A stretch of DNA of 64,000 nt from a virus, in IMG/VR virus record IMGVR_UViG_3300020185_000013, positions 32,001-96,000 of that record; one strand, written 5' to 3'. The position numbers and the translations under genes were made by a program. Positions 30,810-39,239 of the stretch are shown piece after piece (within the stretch, counting starts at the first letter, position 1; each line of letters begins with the position of its first letter). The notes beneath the pieces were generated by a model. The model saw only the letters and a program-made list of their open reading frames with translations, made no database searches and was not told the DNA's origin.

Positions 30810-31869
30810 TCCACAGATAACTCAAGAGCTTAAACTAAAGATTATGAAAGCGCTGAAAGACGTTTGTCTGACAGCACATTCAAGTCCCAACAAGCAAATG
30901 CTAAAGGACATGCCTGGTAGAATTACTATGGCATGTCCTTATTGTGGGGATTCGCATAGTGATGATACCAAGAAACGCGGTAACATGTATTGGGACACGC
31001 TTCAATATCACTGTTATAACTGTGGAACACATACTGATGTAAAGACTCTCTTAAAGGACCACGAGGTAAGACTCCCAAGTTCAGAGGATTCATTTACCAT
31101 TATTGACTATATCAAACACAACAGGTCTGTAACTTCACAGGCAGATACACTAACACACTCAGTATTTCAAAGTGTAAGTGACTTAGCAATAACAGTTGAT
31201 GAGTTTAAAAAAGGATTTGGTGCAAGAGAAATAGAACCTGGAGATTGGATTTGGCTCTACTTAAAAAATAGATTGCTTCATAAAAAGAGCGAAGAGTTTT
31301 TATTTAGTGCAAAGGACAATCGTTTATGGATTCTTAATTTTACTGGAGACGGTAAGATTATGTCAGCACAAAGTAGAAGAATGAAGGGTAAAGGTAGTCG
31401 TTACTTAACGTATGATTTACCTAAACTATATGAAGAGCTTGGTAAAGAACTTGAGCTCTCACAAGAAGATTTGGAAAAGGTAACAAAGTTATCGACACTG
31501 TTTGGTATTATGCAAGTAAACTTCCAGCGTCCAGTAACAATGTTTGAAGGTCCAATTGATGCTAAATTCATGACTAATAGTATTGCACTTGCAACCGCAG
31601 GTCGTAACACTGAAGAGTTCGATGAAATGGCAACGGTCCGGTATCTATTTGATAATGACGATACTGGTAAAAAGAAAATGATTGAGAAACTAAAAAAGGG
31701 AAGATCTGTATTTATGTGGTCTAAATTCTTAAAAGAAAATAAATTAGATACATATGATATAAAGGATCTAAACGACTTAGTTATCAAGTGTTTTGAGTTA
31801 AAGAATCCAGCAATTAAAAAGTTGGATGACTACTTCACCTCTAGCTCGTTAGATCTATGGTATATATAG
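30793..31869 (+). CDS. gp61: DNA primase, T4 gp61-like
   Basis: Zn finger CPYCGDS..HCYNCG; TOPRIM EGPIDA, FDND, KDLND. Confidence 0.88.
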   Translation: MTSTSNPQITQELKLKIMKALKDVCLTAHSSPNKQMLKDMPGRITMACPYCGDSHSDDTKKRGNMYWDTLQYHCYNCGTHTDVKTLLKDHEVRLPSSEDSFTIIDYIKHNRSVTSQADTLTHSVFQSVSDLAITVDEFKKGFGAREIEPGDWIWLYLKNRLLHKKSEEFLFSAKDNRLWILNFTGDGKIMSAQSRRMKGKGSRYLTYDLPKLYEELGKELELSQEDLEKVTKLSTLFGIMQVNFQRPVTMFEGPIDAKFMTNSIALATAGRNTEEFDEMATVRYLFDNDDTGKKKMIEKLKKGRSVFMWSKFLKENKLDTYDIKDLNDLVIKCFELKNPAIKKLDDYFTSSSLDLWYI

Positions 31870-32072
31870 AAGATATTACAGATATGGTTGAAAAGGATCT
31901 AGATGATTTTTATAGTGATCGTGACCGATTTAAAGGTATGCGAATGCTGGTAGATTTCAACGCATCAGAATACGAACATGATGTACCGAAGCTTGATCTT
32001 GGAAAACCAAAATTTAAGAAGAAGTTAAAGGCTAGTAAGTTCATTAAAGGTAATAAGGGTTCGTTGTTTTAA
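31857..32072 (+). CDS. Small hypothetical protein (start uncertain)
   Basis: Fills the gap between primase and uvsY; basic tail ending GSLF. Confidence 0.5.
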   Translation: MVYIEDITDMVEKDLDDFYSDRDRFKGMRMLVDFNASEYEHDVPKLDLGKPKFKKKLKASKFIKGNKGSLF

Positions 32073-32082
32073 ACAAGATTAG

Positions 32083-32508
32083 ATGTCGAATAAAGAAAAG
32101 ATTTTAGCACTTGATGGAAAACTAAGTGAACAAAGAAAGGAATGGACCTTAAAAATCCAAGATCTTTCTAAGTCGCTTCGTTATATCAACGGTATGGAGG
32201 ACACTATTGCAATGGTGCTCTCTAACCGCCAAATTATCATTGATCAGATTGCTTACATAAACATGAAGATCAAGGAACAAGAAAGAAGGATAAATGATAG
32301 GTACCGAGAAAAATATCTTGAGTACTATAATTTTGACTATAAATTAAGTGAGAAGCAAAAAGACCGTTTTATCGAAGCTGACCTAGCTGATGAAAACATA
32401 ATGCTCTCACATTTACAGAACCAATTAGACTTCTTTAAAGAATCGGTAAAGACCCTAGATAACATGGGATTTGCCATCCGAAACAGACTTGCATTAAAAG
32501 ATCTGTAA
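32083..32508 (+). CDS. uvsY: Recombination mediator UvsY-like
   Basis: 141 aa helical protein, FIEAD..VKTLDNMGFAIRN, immediately before uvsW. Confidence 0.7.
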   Translation: MSNKEKILALDGKLSEQRKEWTLKIQDLSKSLRYINGMEDTIAMVLSNRQIIIDQIAYINMKIKEQERRINDRYREKYLEYYNFDYKLSEKQKDRFIEADLADENIMLSHLQNQLDFFKESVKTLDNMGFAIRNRLALKDL

Positions 32509-32534
32509 GGCAAATAAAAAAACTGTGCCTATGA

Positions 32535-34043
32535 ATGGAGCTCAGTTTAACAGAGAATAAACAACTACTTAGAGTTGATGATGCTACTTCATTAGAGCTT
32601 GAACAGTTGAATATATCCTTGACCAAGAGAATAGAATCGTGGAGATTCAACCCTTTGGTCAAGAAAGGGGTATGGGACGGCTACATTACCTATATCAAGG
32701 ACGATAAGTGGATTCCTGCAGGTCTTTGGAAAGAGGTGATGGACGTCTGTAAAGAGTACAGGTTCGAGCTAAAGATTAATGGCATTAGTGAATTATTTGA
32801 CCGTGAAATTAATCCAGAATCATTTCAAAGTTGGGTAGAAGACTTCTTTGAAGATTCAGACATTACACCTCGTGACTATCAAGTCGAGGCTGCATATAAC
32901 ATTTTAAAGTTTAGAAAGTGTCTCTCAGAGCTTGCAACATCTGCTGGTAAGACACTGATATCATTCTTAACAGTTGCATATATTTTAGAGAAACAAAAGG
33001 CTGAAAAGATCCTGTTTATTGTACCAAACGTTTCACTTGTAATTCAAGCAAGTGAAGATTTTGCAGATTATAACTATCGAAACCAGGTAAACATAAAGAT
33101 TCAGCAAATTTATAGCGGTCAAAAGATCAGAGCTGGTAGAAACGTAGTGATTGGTACCTATCAATCATTAATTAAGAAGAAAGCCGAATACTTTGACCAA
33201 TTTGATGCTGTGATTATTGATGAAACACATAAGGCAAAATCACAGTCAATTAAAACGATCCTATCGAAGTGTAAAAATGCCGACTATCGATATGGCCTTT
33301 CTGGTACTATACCAAAGTCTGGAACCCTGGATCGACTAACACTAATGGCCTATACTGGTCCACTAATTACCGAAGTAAGTGCAAATTTCCTTCAGAATGA
33401 AGGTTATATTGCAAACTGTCGAGTAAAAGTTATTGAGATGGACTACGCAACCGAAGGCGCAAAGAACGCGTTTAAGGAAATGGCATTTAATAAATATGAA
33501 AGCAAAGACGTATTTAAATTTGAACAAAATTATATCATCAATTCGCCAGGCCGCCTCAACTTCATTTGTAACATTATTTCCAGAGTACGAGGTAATTCCC
33601 TTGTACTTTTCCATCGCATTGAGCATGGTAAGAAGATATATGAAAAGCTTAGACAGGAAAGTGATAAGACAATCTATTATGTTGATGGTGGAACTGACAA
33701 GGACATACGCGAAGAATACAAAAAGAAAATGGAAGCCGGTAATGAAGTTGTTATTGTCGCATCGTATGGTACCTTCTCGACTGGTATCTCGATCAAGAAA
33801 ATCCACAACATCTTCTTTACTGAATCGTTTAAGAGTGAGGTAATTATTCGTCAATCGATTGGCCGTGGATTGAGACAACATGAATCGAAGGACAGTGTTA
33901 CAATCATTGATTTTGTGGACGATATTAGTTCGCCAGACTGGGACAACTATCTTATTCGACATGCAAAGGCCAGACAAAAAATTTACAGAGAACAAAAGTT
34001 CAAATATGACATCAAAAAGGTTAAATTTGATGGAGATATATAA
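32535..34043 (+). CDS. uvsW: SF2 DNA helicase UvsW
   Basis: PRDYQ, ATSAGKT, IIDETH, GLSGT, SYGTFSTGISIK, QSIGRGLR. Confidence 0.93.
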   Translation: MELSLTENKQLLRVDDATSLELEQLNISLTKRIESWRFNPLVKKGVWDGYITYIKDDKWIPAGLWKEVMDVCKEYRFELKINGISELFDREINPESFQSWVEDFFEDSDITPRDYQVEAAYNILKFRKCLSELATSAGKTLISFLTVAYILEKQKAEKILFIVPNVSLVIQASEDFADYNYRNQVNIKIQQIYSGQKIRAGRNVVIGTYQSLIKKKAEYFDQFDAVIIDETHKAKSQSIKTILSKCKNADYRYGLSGTIPKSGTLDRLTLMAYTGPLITEVSANFLQNEGYIANCRVKVIEMDYATEGAKNAFKEMAFNKYESKDVFKFEQNYIINSPGRLNFICNIISRVRGNSLVLFHRIEHGKKIYEKLRQESDKTIYYVDGGTDKDIREEYKKKMEAGNEVVIVASYGTFSTGISIKKIHNIFFTESFKSEVIIRQSIGRGLRQHESKDSVTIIDFVDDISSPDWDNYLIRHAKARQKIYREQKFKYDIKKVKFDGDI

Positions 34044-34076
34044 AAGGTATGTTAATCAAAAAATAAGATATTACAA

Positions 34077-35594
34077 ATGGCTAAATTACATTCATTTGAA
34101 GACTACGCAAAAATAAGACAAGAGCAAGTTTCAGCTGAAATTGAAGCACAAAAAGAAGCTGCTAGAGAAGAAACAGTAAGAAGTTTTAAAGATCTTCTTG
34201 CAGAGTATGGTGTTACTAAGGTTTCAGAATTAGATGAAGATCAAAGAGAAGAATTCTTTGGTAAACTAGACGGAACTGATCTAAATGAATCACTATCTCT
34301 TGTAACAGAAGGTACTCGTTCTTTCTTTGGTAAAATAAGCAAGAAGTCAGGAGACATCGAAGCAGTGTATATGCACTACGATGGTTACCCAGAAAATATG
34401 TTACCCCTAATCCAAAAGGGTTATAGTGGTGCTAAGAAAAAGAACATTGATGTAGTTCTACAAAATGGTGCAGGATCTGGACTAGAAGCTGACCCAAAGA
34501 AAATTAACTATTATAATGACGGAAATGAGCCATTAACTGGTAACATTGGTTCAATTAGAGATTTTATCAGCGATGCAAAACAATCGTGGGCAGAATTTAT
34601 TTACCTATACGATGAGAGAGATGGTAAATGGTATATGGCTGATACTTATGAAGATGATAATATGGTTCCAGCTTTTGAAGCATTTATCGGTGAAGCAGTT
34701 GTAGTTACTGGTAAGAGAGATGCTAAAAGAGTTATGACAGCATACGTTAAATTCTTTGAGAAATATCCAGCTTTAAGTAAAAAGGCTATAGGTGTTCCAG
34801 TTAAACATCATGTCGGTGCTGTTAGAGAATTATATGCAGAAGCAATGATTGACGCTAACTTTTCTAGAGAGCTCCCAGCAACTAAAAGAGCAATTCCTGG
34901 CGTAGTTTACTCAATCGATGTCAAGGTTGCAGAATTAAATAATGCATCTATTAGAATTTCAGCAGGTAAATTAATGGATATCTGTGCAGCAAACGGTAGT
35001 ATTATATCAGGTGCAGCTAAATTCTCAGGTATAGCAATTGTTGAAGGTACTGCAATGTACTTAGATTCAATTGGATATACTAAAGAAGCTGAAGATTTAA
35101 TGGCTAGATTCAACAAAGCTTTTAATGAATCTGCTCAAACAATGGAAGAAAGAATTGCTGAAGGTAATGCATTTGGTTCCGCAAGAGCAAAGGCAATTGC
35201 TGCAGGTAAAAGCGAATTTGAAGTTGATGGTAAAACATACAAACTTAAAGGAGTAGATGCTGATGATAAAGAGAATGCTGAAGAGTTTGCAAATGAGTCT
35301 GAAATCAATGGAGAACATACAAATCCAGCTGGTTATCCATCTCCATCCGGAGACTCTGAAGATGTTGAAGAAACTGAAAGAGAAGAGGTTGAAGTAATGG
35401 GAGAGGCTAAAGTTACTGAAGCTGAAGTAAAATCAGATGATGAATTTAAAGAGTATGCATTCACAGTACTTCAAAAAGCATTTGGTGAAGACTTTGATGA
35501 TGCTAAAGCACAAGAAGTAGTTGATGGTATTCTTTCAAAATCTGATGGAGACTATGGAGCTGCTGTTGGTATGCTAACATCATCTTTAGGATAA
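34077..35594 (+). CDS. Putative internal head (packaged) multidomain protein
   Basis: Late motif at 34035; N-terminal MAKLHSFEDY; GTRS..YMHYDGYP domain; EGNAF..GKSEFEVDGKTY module; many (L/V/I)xE sites. Confidence 0.55.
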   Translation: MAKLHSFEDYAKIRQEQVSAEIEAQKEAAREETVRSFKDLLAEYGVTKVSELDEDQREEFFGKLDGTDLNESLSLVTEGTRSFFGKISKKSGDIEAVYMHYDGYPENMLPLIQKGYSGAKKKNIDVVLQNGAGSGLEADPKKINYYNDGNEPLTGNIGSIRDFISDAKQSWAEFIYLYDERDGKWYMADTYEDDNMVPAFEAFIGEAVVVTGKRDAKRVMTAYVKFFEKYPALSKKAIGVPVKHHVGAVRELYAEAMIDANFSRELPATKRAIPGVVYSIDVKVAELNNASIRISAGKLMDICAANGSIISGAAKFSGIAIVEGTAMYLDSIGYTKEAEDLMARFNKAFNESAQTMEERIAEGNAFGSARAKAIAAGKSEFEVDGKTYKLKGVDADDKENAEEFANESEINGEHTNPAGYPSPSGDSEDVEETEREEVEVMGEAKVTEAEVKSDDEFKEYAFTVLQKAFGEDFDDAKAQEVVDGILSKSDGDYGAAVGMLTSSLG

Positions 35595-35602
35595 AAAATT
35601 AA

Positions 35603-35640
35603 AAAAAGTTTGGCCTAGATTTTTCTATGTCAAACTTTTT
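35603..35640 (+). terminator. Hairpin / intrinsic terminator
   Basis: AAAAAGTTTGGC..TAGA-TTTT-TCTA..GTCAAACTTTTT. Confidence 0.55.
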
Positions 35641-35643
35641 AAT

Positions 35644-35651
35644 TATATTTG
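35644..35651 (+). promoter_or_regulatory. Bacteroidota-type -7 promoter element (TAnnTTTG)
   Basis: TATATTTG ending 7 nt before ATG 35659; no correctly spaced TTTG -33 element seen. Confidence 0.35.
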
Positions 35652-35658
35652 TAACTGA

Positions 35659-36954
35659 ATGAAATTATTACTATCATATAGCGACTTTTTAGTTGAAAAG
35701 GCAAACCAAGACCTAAATGAGTGGAGAGATTCTCAACTTGTTATGGAAGGAGGTGCTGCTGGTCATATGTCACACCCGTTTGATGATAAATCTCTTACGT
35801 TTGGCGACTTTAAAAAACTAATCGAGGCAGGTCTTAAAGGAGAACTTAACTTCGAAGAAGAAGCAACTGAAAAGACGGATGGTCAAAACGTATTTGCAAC
35901 CATCCAGGATGGAGAGGTAAAGTTTGCACGTAATAAAACTGAGCTTAAGAATCCAATGTCACTGCAAGACTTTAAGAAAAAGTTTGAAGGTCATCCTAGT
36001 AAACTTGTTCAGGACACTTTCCAATTAGCTGCAGAGGATTTAGCGTCTCAACTAATTAAAATCTCACCAAAAGATCAAGAGAATTTCGATAATGGTAAGA
36101 ACTTCATGAATATGGAGTTAATCTACTCAAAGAACCCAAACGTTATTCACTATGACCGTGATGTAATACAGTTCCACGGCATTAAGATAACTGACGGTGA
36201 GGGTAATATCATTGGTGAAGACACAAAGCCAGCTAAGAGCATCGCAAGTGCTCTCGATAAAGTAGAGGCTACTATTGGTAAAACATTTACATTCATTCCA
36301 CCTCAAATTGTAAAACTTGGTAAAGATTTAGATTTTGAAGCTAATAAAGACAAGTTTATTAAAAAGGTAGAAGACCTACGTAAACAATATAACTTAACAG
36401 ATGCTGATGAGGTTTCTCGTTACCATGAAATGTGGTGGAGAGAGCAAATTGAATCTGTATTTGGAGATCTTCCACAAGACATTAAAGAGGGCCTACTATT
36501 AAGATGGGCATACGATGATAAGAAATCTCTAAACATGAGAAGTCTTGCTAAAACTATTACGCCAAAACAGGCAGATGCAGTTAAGCAATTCGATAAGAAT
36601 GATGTTAAGAAGAAATATAAAGAAAACATTAGACCGTTTGAAGATCTTTTCTTAGAACTAGGAAGTGTTATTCTTAAAAATGCTTCTAATTTTGTTGCAG
36701 CTAATCCAAGTGCAGAAATGCAAAGGCTACATAAAGAGCTTAGAGATGAAGCAGCTAAGATTAAAAAAGGAGGTAATATCGATCAAATCTCGAAGGTTGA
36801 AGCTGAATTAGCAAGACTTGACCGTATTGGAGGCATTGAGTCTATTATTCCAACTGAAGGTATTGTATTTACATATAAGGGCAAAATTTATAAATTAACA
36901 GGTACCTTTGCTGCAATTAACCAGCTAATGGGTATTATAAAATTTGGAAGGTAA
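35659..36954 (+). CDS. ATP-dependent RNA-ligase-fold nucleotidyltransferase (DUF6267-like)
   Basis: Motif I TEKTDGQN, III NMELIY, IIIa QFHGI, IV EGIVF, V KIYKL; N-terminal EGGAAGHMSHPFD. Confidence 0.6.
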   Translation: MKLLLSYSDFLVEKANQDLNEWRDSQLVMEGGAAGHMSHPFDDKSLTFGDFKKLIEAGLKGELNFEEEATEKTDGQNVFATIQDGEVKFARNKTELKNPMSLQDFKKKFEGHPSKLVQDTFQLAAEDLASQLIKISPKDQENFDNGKNFMNMELIYSKNPNVIHYDRDVIQFHGIKITDGEGNIIGEDTKPAKSIASALDKVEATIGKTFTFIPPQIVKLGKDLDFEANKDKFIKKVEDLRKQYNLTDADEVSRYHEMWWREQIESVFGDLPQDIKEGLLLRWAYDDKKSLNMRSLAKTITPKQADAVKQFDKNDVKKKYKENIRPFEDLFLELGSVILKNASNFVAANPSAEMQRLHKELRDEAAKIKKGGNIDQISKVEAELARLDRIGGIESIIPTEGIVFTYKGKIYKLTGTFAAINQLMGIIKFGR

Positions 36955-36955
36955 C

Positions 36956-37222
36956 ATGAAACATGTAAAATTATTTGAAGGATTTCTTAGTGAAAGAAAG
37001 GCTAGTCATTATATGGCTGAACTAGTTGACATACTATCAAACCCAGATTCAATGGAAATGATGCCAGAAGAATTTGTAGACTATCTTGTATCAAACTATG
37101 CAGTTGATGCCGATACAGCAGGAGACATTTTCGATATGTATTGGTCTCTAGGAGCTAAAGACAGATTTCATTACAATGATGATCAATGGATTAAGTTCCT
37201 TAATAAATTAGGAGTTAAGTAA
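36956..37222 (+). CDS. CTS-tagged small internal head protein
   Basis: ATG 36956: MKHVKLFEGFLSE. Confidence 0.65.
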   Translation: MKHVKLFEGFLSERKASHYMAELVDILSNPDSMEMMPEEFVDYLVSNYAVDADTAGDIFDMYWSLGAKDRFHYNDDQWIKFLNKLGVK

Positions 37223-37224
37223 TC

Positions 37225-37374
37225 ATGAAACACGTAAAACTATTTGAACAGTTTCTAAACGAAGCTTCAGTTTTAGATCGTAACTCAATGATGGGTTGGA
37301 TCACAGCATATATTGACGGACCTAGAACAATGGTACGATGCAGGCACAGTAATGATCTGGCCAGCTTAATTTAA
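37225..37374 (+). pseudogene. CTS-tagged small gene, apparently internally deleted/frameshifted
   Basis: MKHVKLFEQFLNEASVLDRNSMMGWITAYIDGPRT then loses protein-like character, while the +1 frame reads WYDAGTVMIWPA* (37331-37369). Confidence 0.5.
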
Positions 37375-37380
37375 ATTATT

Positions 37381-39219
37381 ATGGCGCTACAAAACTTAAA
37401 GACATATTATAGCGAGTCAAATACTAATGACTTTCAAGCGATGCTTAAACTTCCATGTGTTGTTACTGAGAAGTTACAAGCGTCGTCTTTTCATGTTCAA
37501 TCAACAGTAGAAGGCTACAATTACTTCAAGAGTGGAAGTAAAAAGCCAATGAATGCAGTCGATAGAACAATCGTAAAATACTACGAATCGGCAATTAGCC
37601 ACTTTGATTCAATCAGTGAAGATAACAAAGAGGAAATGCCAAAAGACTGGAAGTTTGGATTTGACTATATGATAGATTCAAAAACGGTAAATATCAAATA
37701 CGATAGAATACCAAAGAACAACTTAATGTTAACACACATTCAAGTTTTAAATCCAGCAGATCATTCTCTTATTAAAAAGGTAATTAGAGACCCAAAGATT
37801 CTTAATAAATGGGCTGATGTACTAGAGGTACAAAGACCACAGGTTCTATTTAGTGGAAGTTTAAATGAGTTCCAAAGAGAACAACTTTCTGAATTAATGG
37901 CTCTATCAGATGCTGAGTATGTTAAAGTATTTGAAGATATTACATTCTCAAGAAAAATGTACAATATCTTTAACCCAGCAATGAACTCAACTGCGTTAAA
38001 TGAGGGTCTTGATGGAACTATTGATTCAATTGTGATTAACTTTTTTGATTCTACTTCAGTTAAGAACTTTAAGATTTGTGAAGATGTTGTAATCAAGAAA
38101 GAAGAAAGAGAACCATCTCATATGTACCAGCTTTCACTTCTAGATCTAGTTGAATATTTTACAACATATGATATTGAAAGCATCGAATTAAACGAAGAGA
38201 AAGCAGATCAAAGATACATTGAATTAATTTCTAAACTATTCAATGCATATGTTTCAGAAAACGCTACCAAATATGTTGGAGTAACATTTGATTCAGCTGA
38301 TTTTGCTTCTTCTCCAGAATTTAAACTTAACACTAAGTTTATTAAGAACGAGAAGACAATTGAGTATGTTTCAAATGAGGTTCTCGAGGAACTATATAAA
38401 ATAGCGCTTGGCTCTTTTAGAAAAAGAAGGGTTAAAGAAACACAGATCATTAATGCTGATCTAATGAGACAGATCAACGAGATTGTCGATAAGATCGATA
38501 ATTCGATTATGGCAAAAAGCAATGAAGCATCGGTTATGACATTCAAAACGTATTTACAAAACCAAGGACTAAAACACCAGGAGAGCCCAATTACTGAAGC
38601 TCTTAATGTTAAATATCCTGAACAACAGAAGCTAGTTAATATGTTTGTTGGTAGATTCCAACCATTTACACTAGGACATGCAAAGGTATTAGAAACGATC
38701 CATAAGCAAAATGGACATCCAGTTGTAATCTTCCTAATTAAGTCTAAAACTAAGAAGAAAGAAGATGCATTCTCTAGACCTTATGATGAGGACACTCAAA
38801 TTGAAATGCTAAATAAGTTAAAGTCAAAATATCCAATCGAAAAGGTTTATGTACTACCAACCGCAGGCATCGACCATCTATTTAATGCAATGAGAGCAGA
38901 TGGATATGAGCCTGTACTATGGGGTACTGGAACTGATAGACTTAAAACATATTCGCATCAAGTCGATAAACCAGTTTATAGAGAAGATTTAGGTGTTAGA
39001 ACTGATTTTGGTCTATTCGAAATTCCAAGAACTGGTAAAAACATTTCAGCAACTCAGGTTAGAAATGCGATGTTAGCTGGAGATGAGAAACTATTTAAGA
39101 AGTTAACCCCAAGCGAAATCCATGGAATGTATGATGAACTAAAGGCTAAGCTAGAAAAGTCGATGGCTGCTAATGAAGCATCACTACTGACGTTCAACGA
39201 GTTTATTAAGAATATATAA
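37381..39219 (+). CDS. Degenerate ligase-fold domain fused to HIGH-family nucleotidyltransferase (cytidylyltransferase/NMNAT-like)
   Basis: N-terminal VTEKLQASSF..DSIVI..NFKI; C-terminal GRFQPFTLGH, GTDR, ISATQVR. Confidence 0.7.
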   Translation: MALQNLKTYYSESNTNDFQAMLKLPCVVTEKLQASSFHVQSTVEGYNYFKSGSKKPMNAVDRTIVKYYESAISHFDSISEDNKEEMPKDWKFGFDYMIDSKTVNIKYDRIPKNNLMLTHIQVLNPADHSLIKKVIRDPKILNKWADVLEVQRPQVLFSGSLNEFQREQLSELMALSDAEYVKVFEDITFSRKMYNIFNPAMNSTALNEGLDGTIDSIVINFFDSTSVKNFKICEDVVIKKEEREPSHMYQLSLLDLVEYFTTYDIESIELNEEKADQRYIELISKLFNAYVSENATKYVGVTFDSADFASSPEFKLNTKFIKNEKTIEYVSNEVLEELYKIALGSFRKRRVKETQIINADLMRQINEIVDKIDNSIMAKSNEASVMTFKTYLQNQGLKHQESPITEALNVKYPEQQKLVNMFVGRFQPFTLGHAKVLETIHKQNGHPVVIFLIKSKTKKKEDAFSRPYDEDTQIEMLNKLKSKYPIEKVYVLPTAGIDHLFNAMRADGYEPVLWGTGTDRLKTYSHQVDKPVYREDLGVRTDFGLFEIPRTGKNISATQVRNAMLAGDEKLFKKLTPSEIHGMYDELKAKLEKSMAANEASLLTFNEFIKNI

Positions 39220-39239
39220 AAAAACAAATTTTATAAAAA

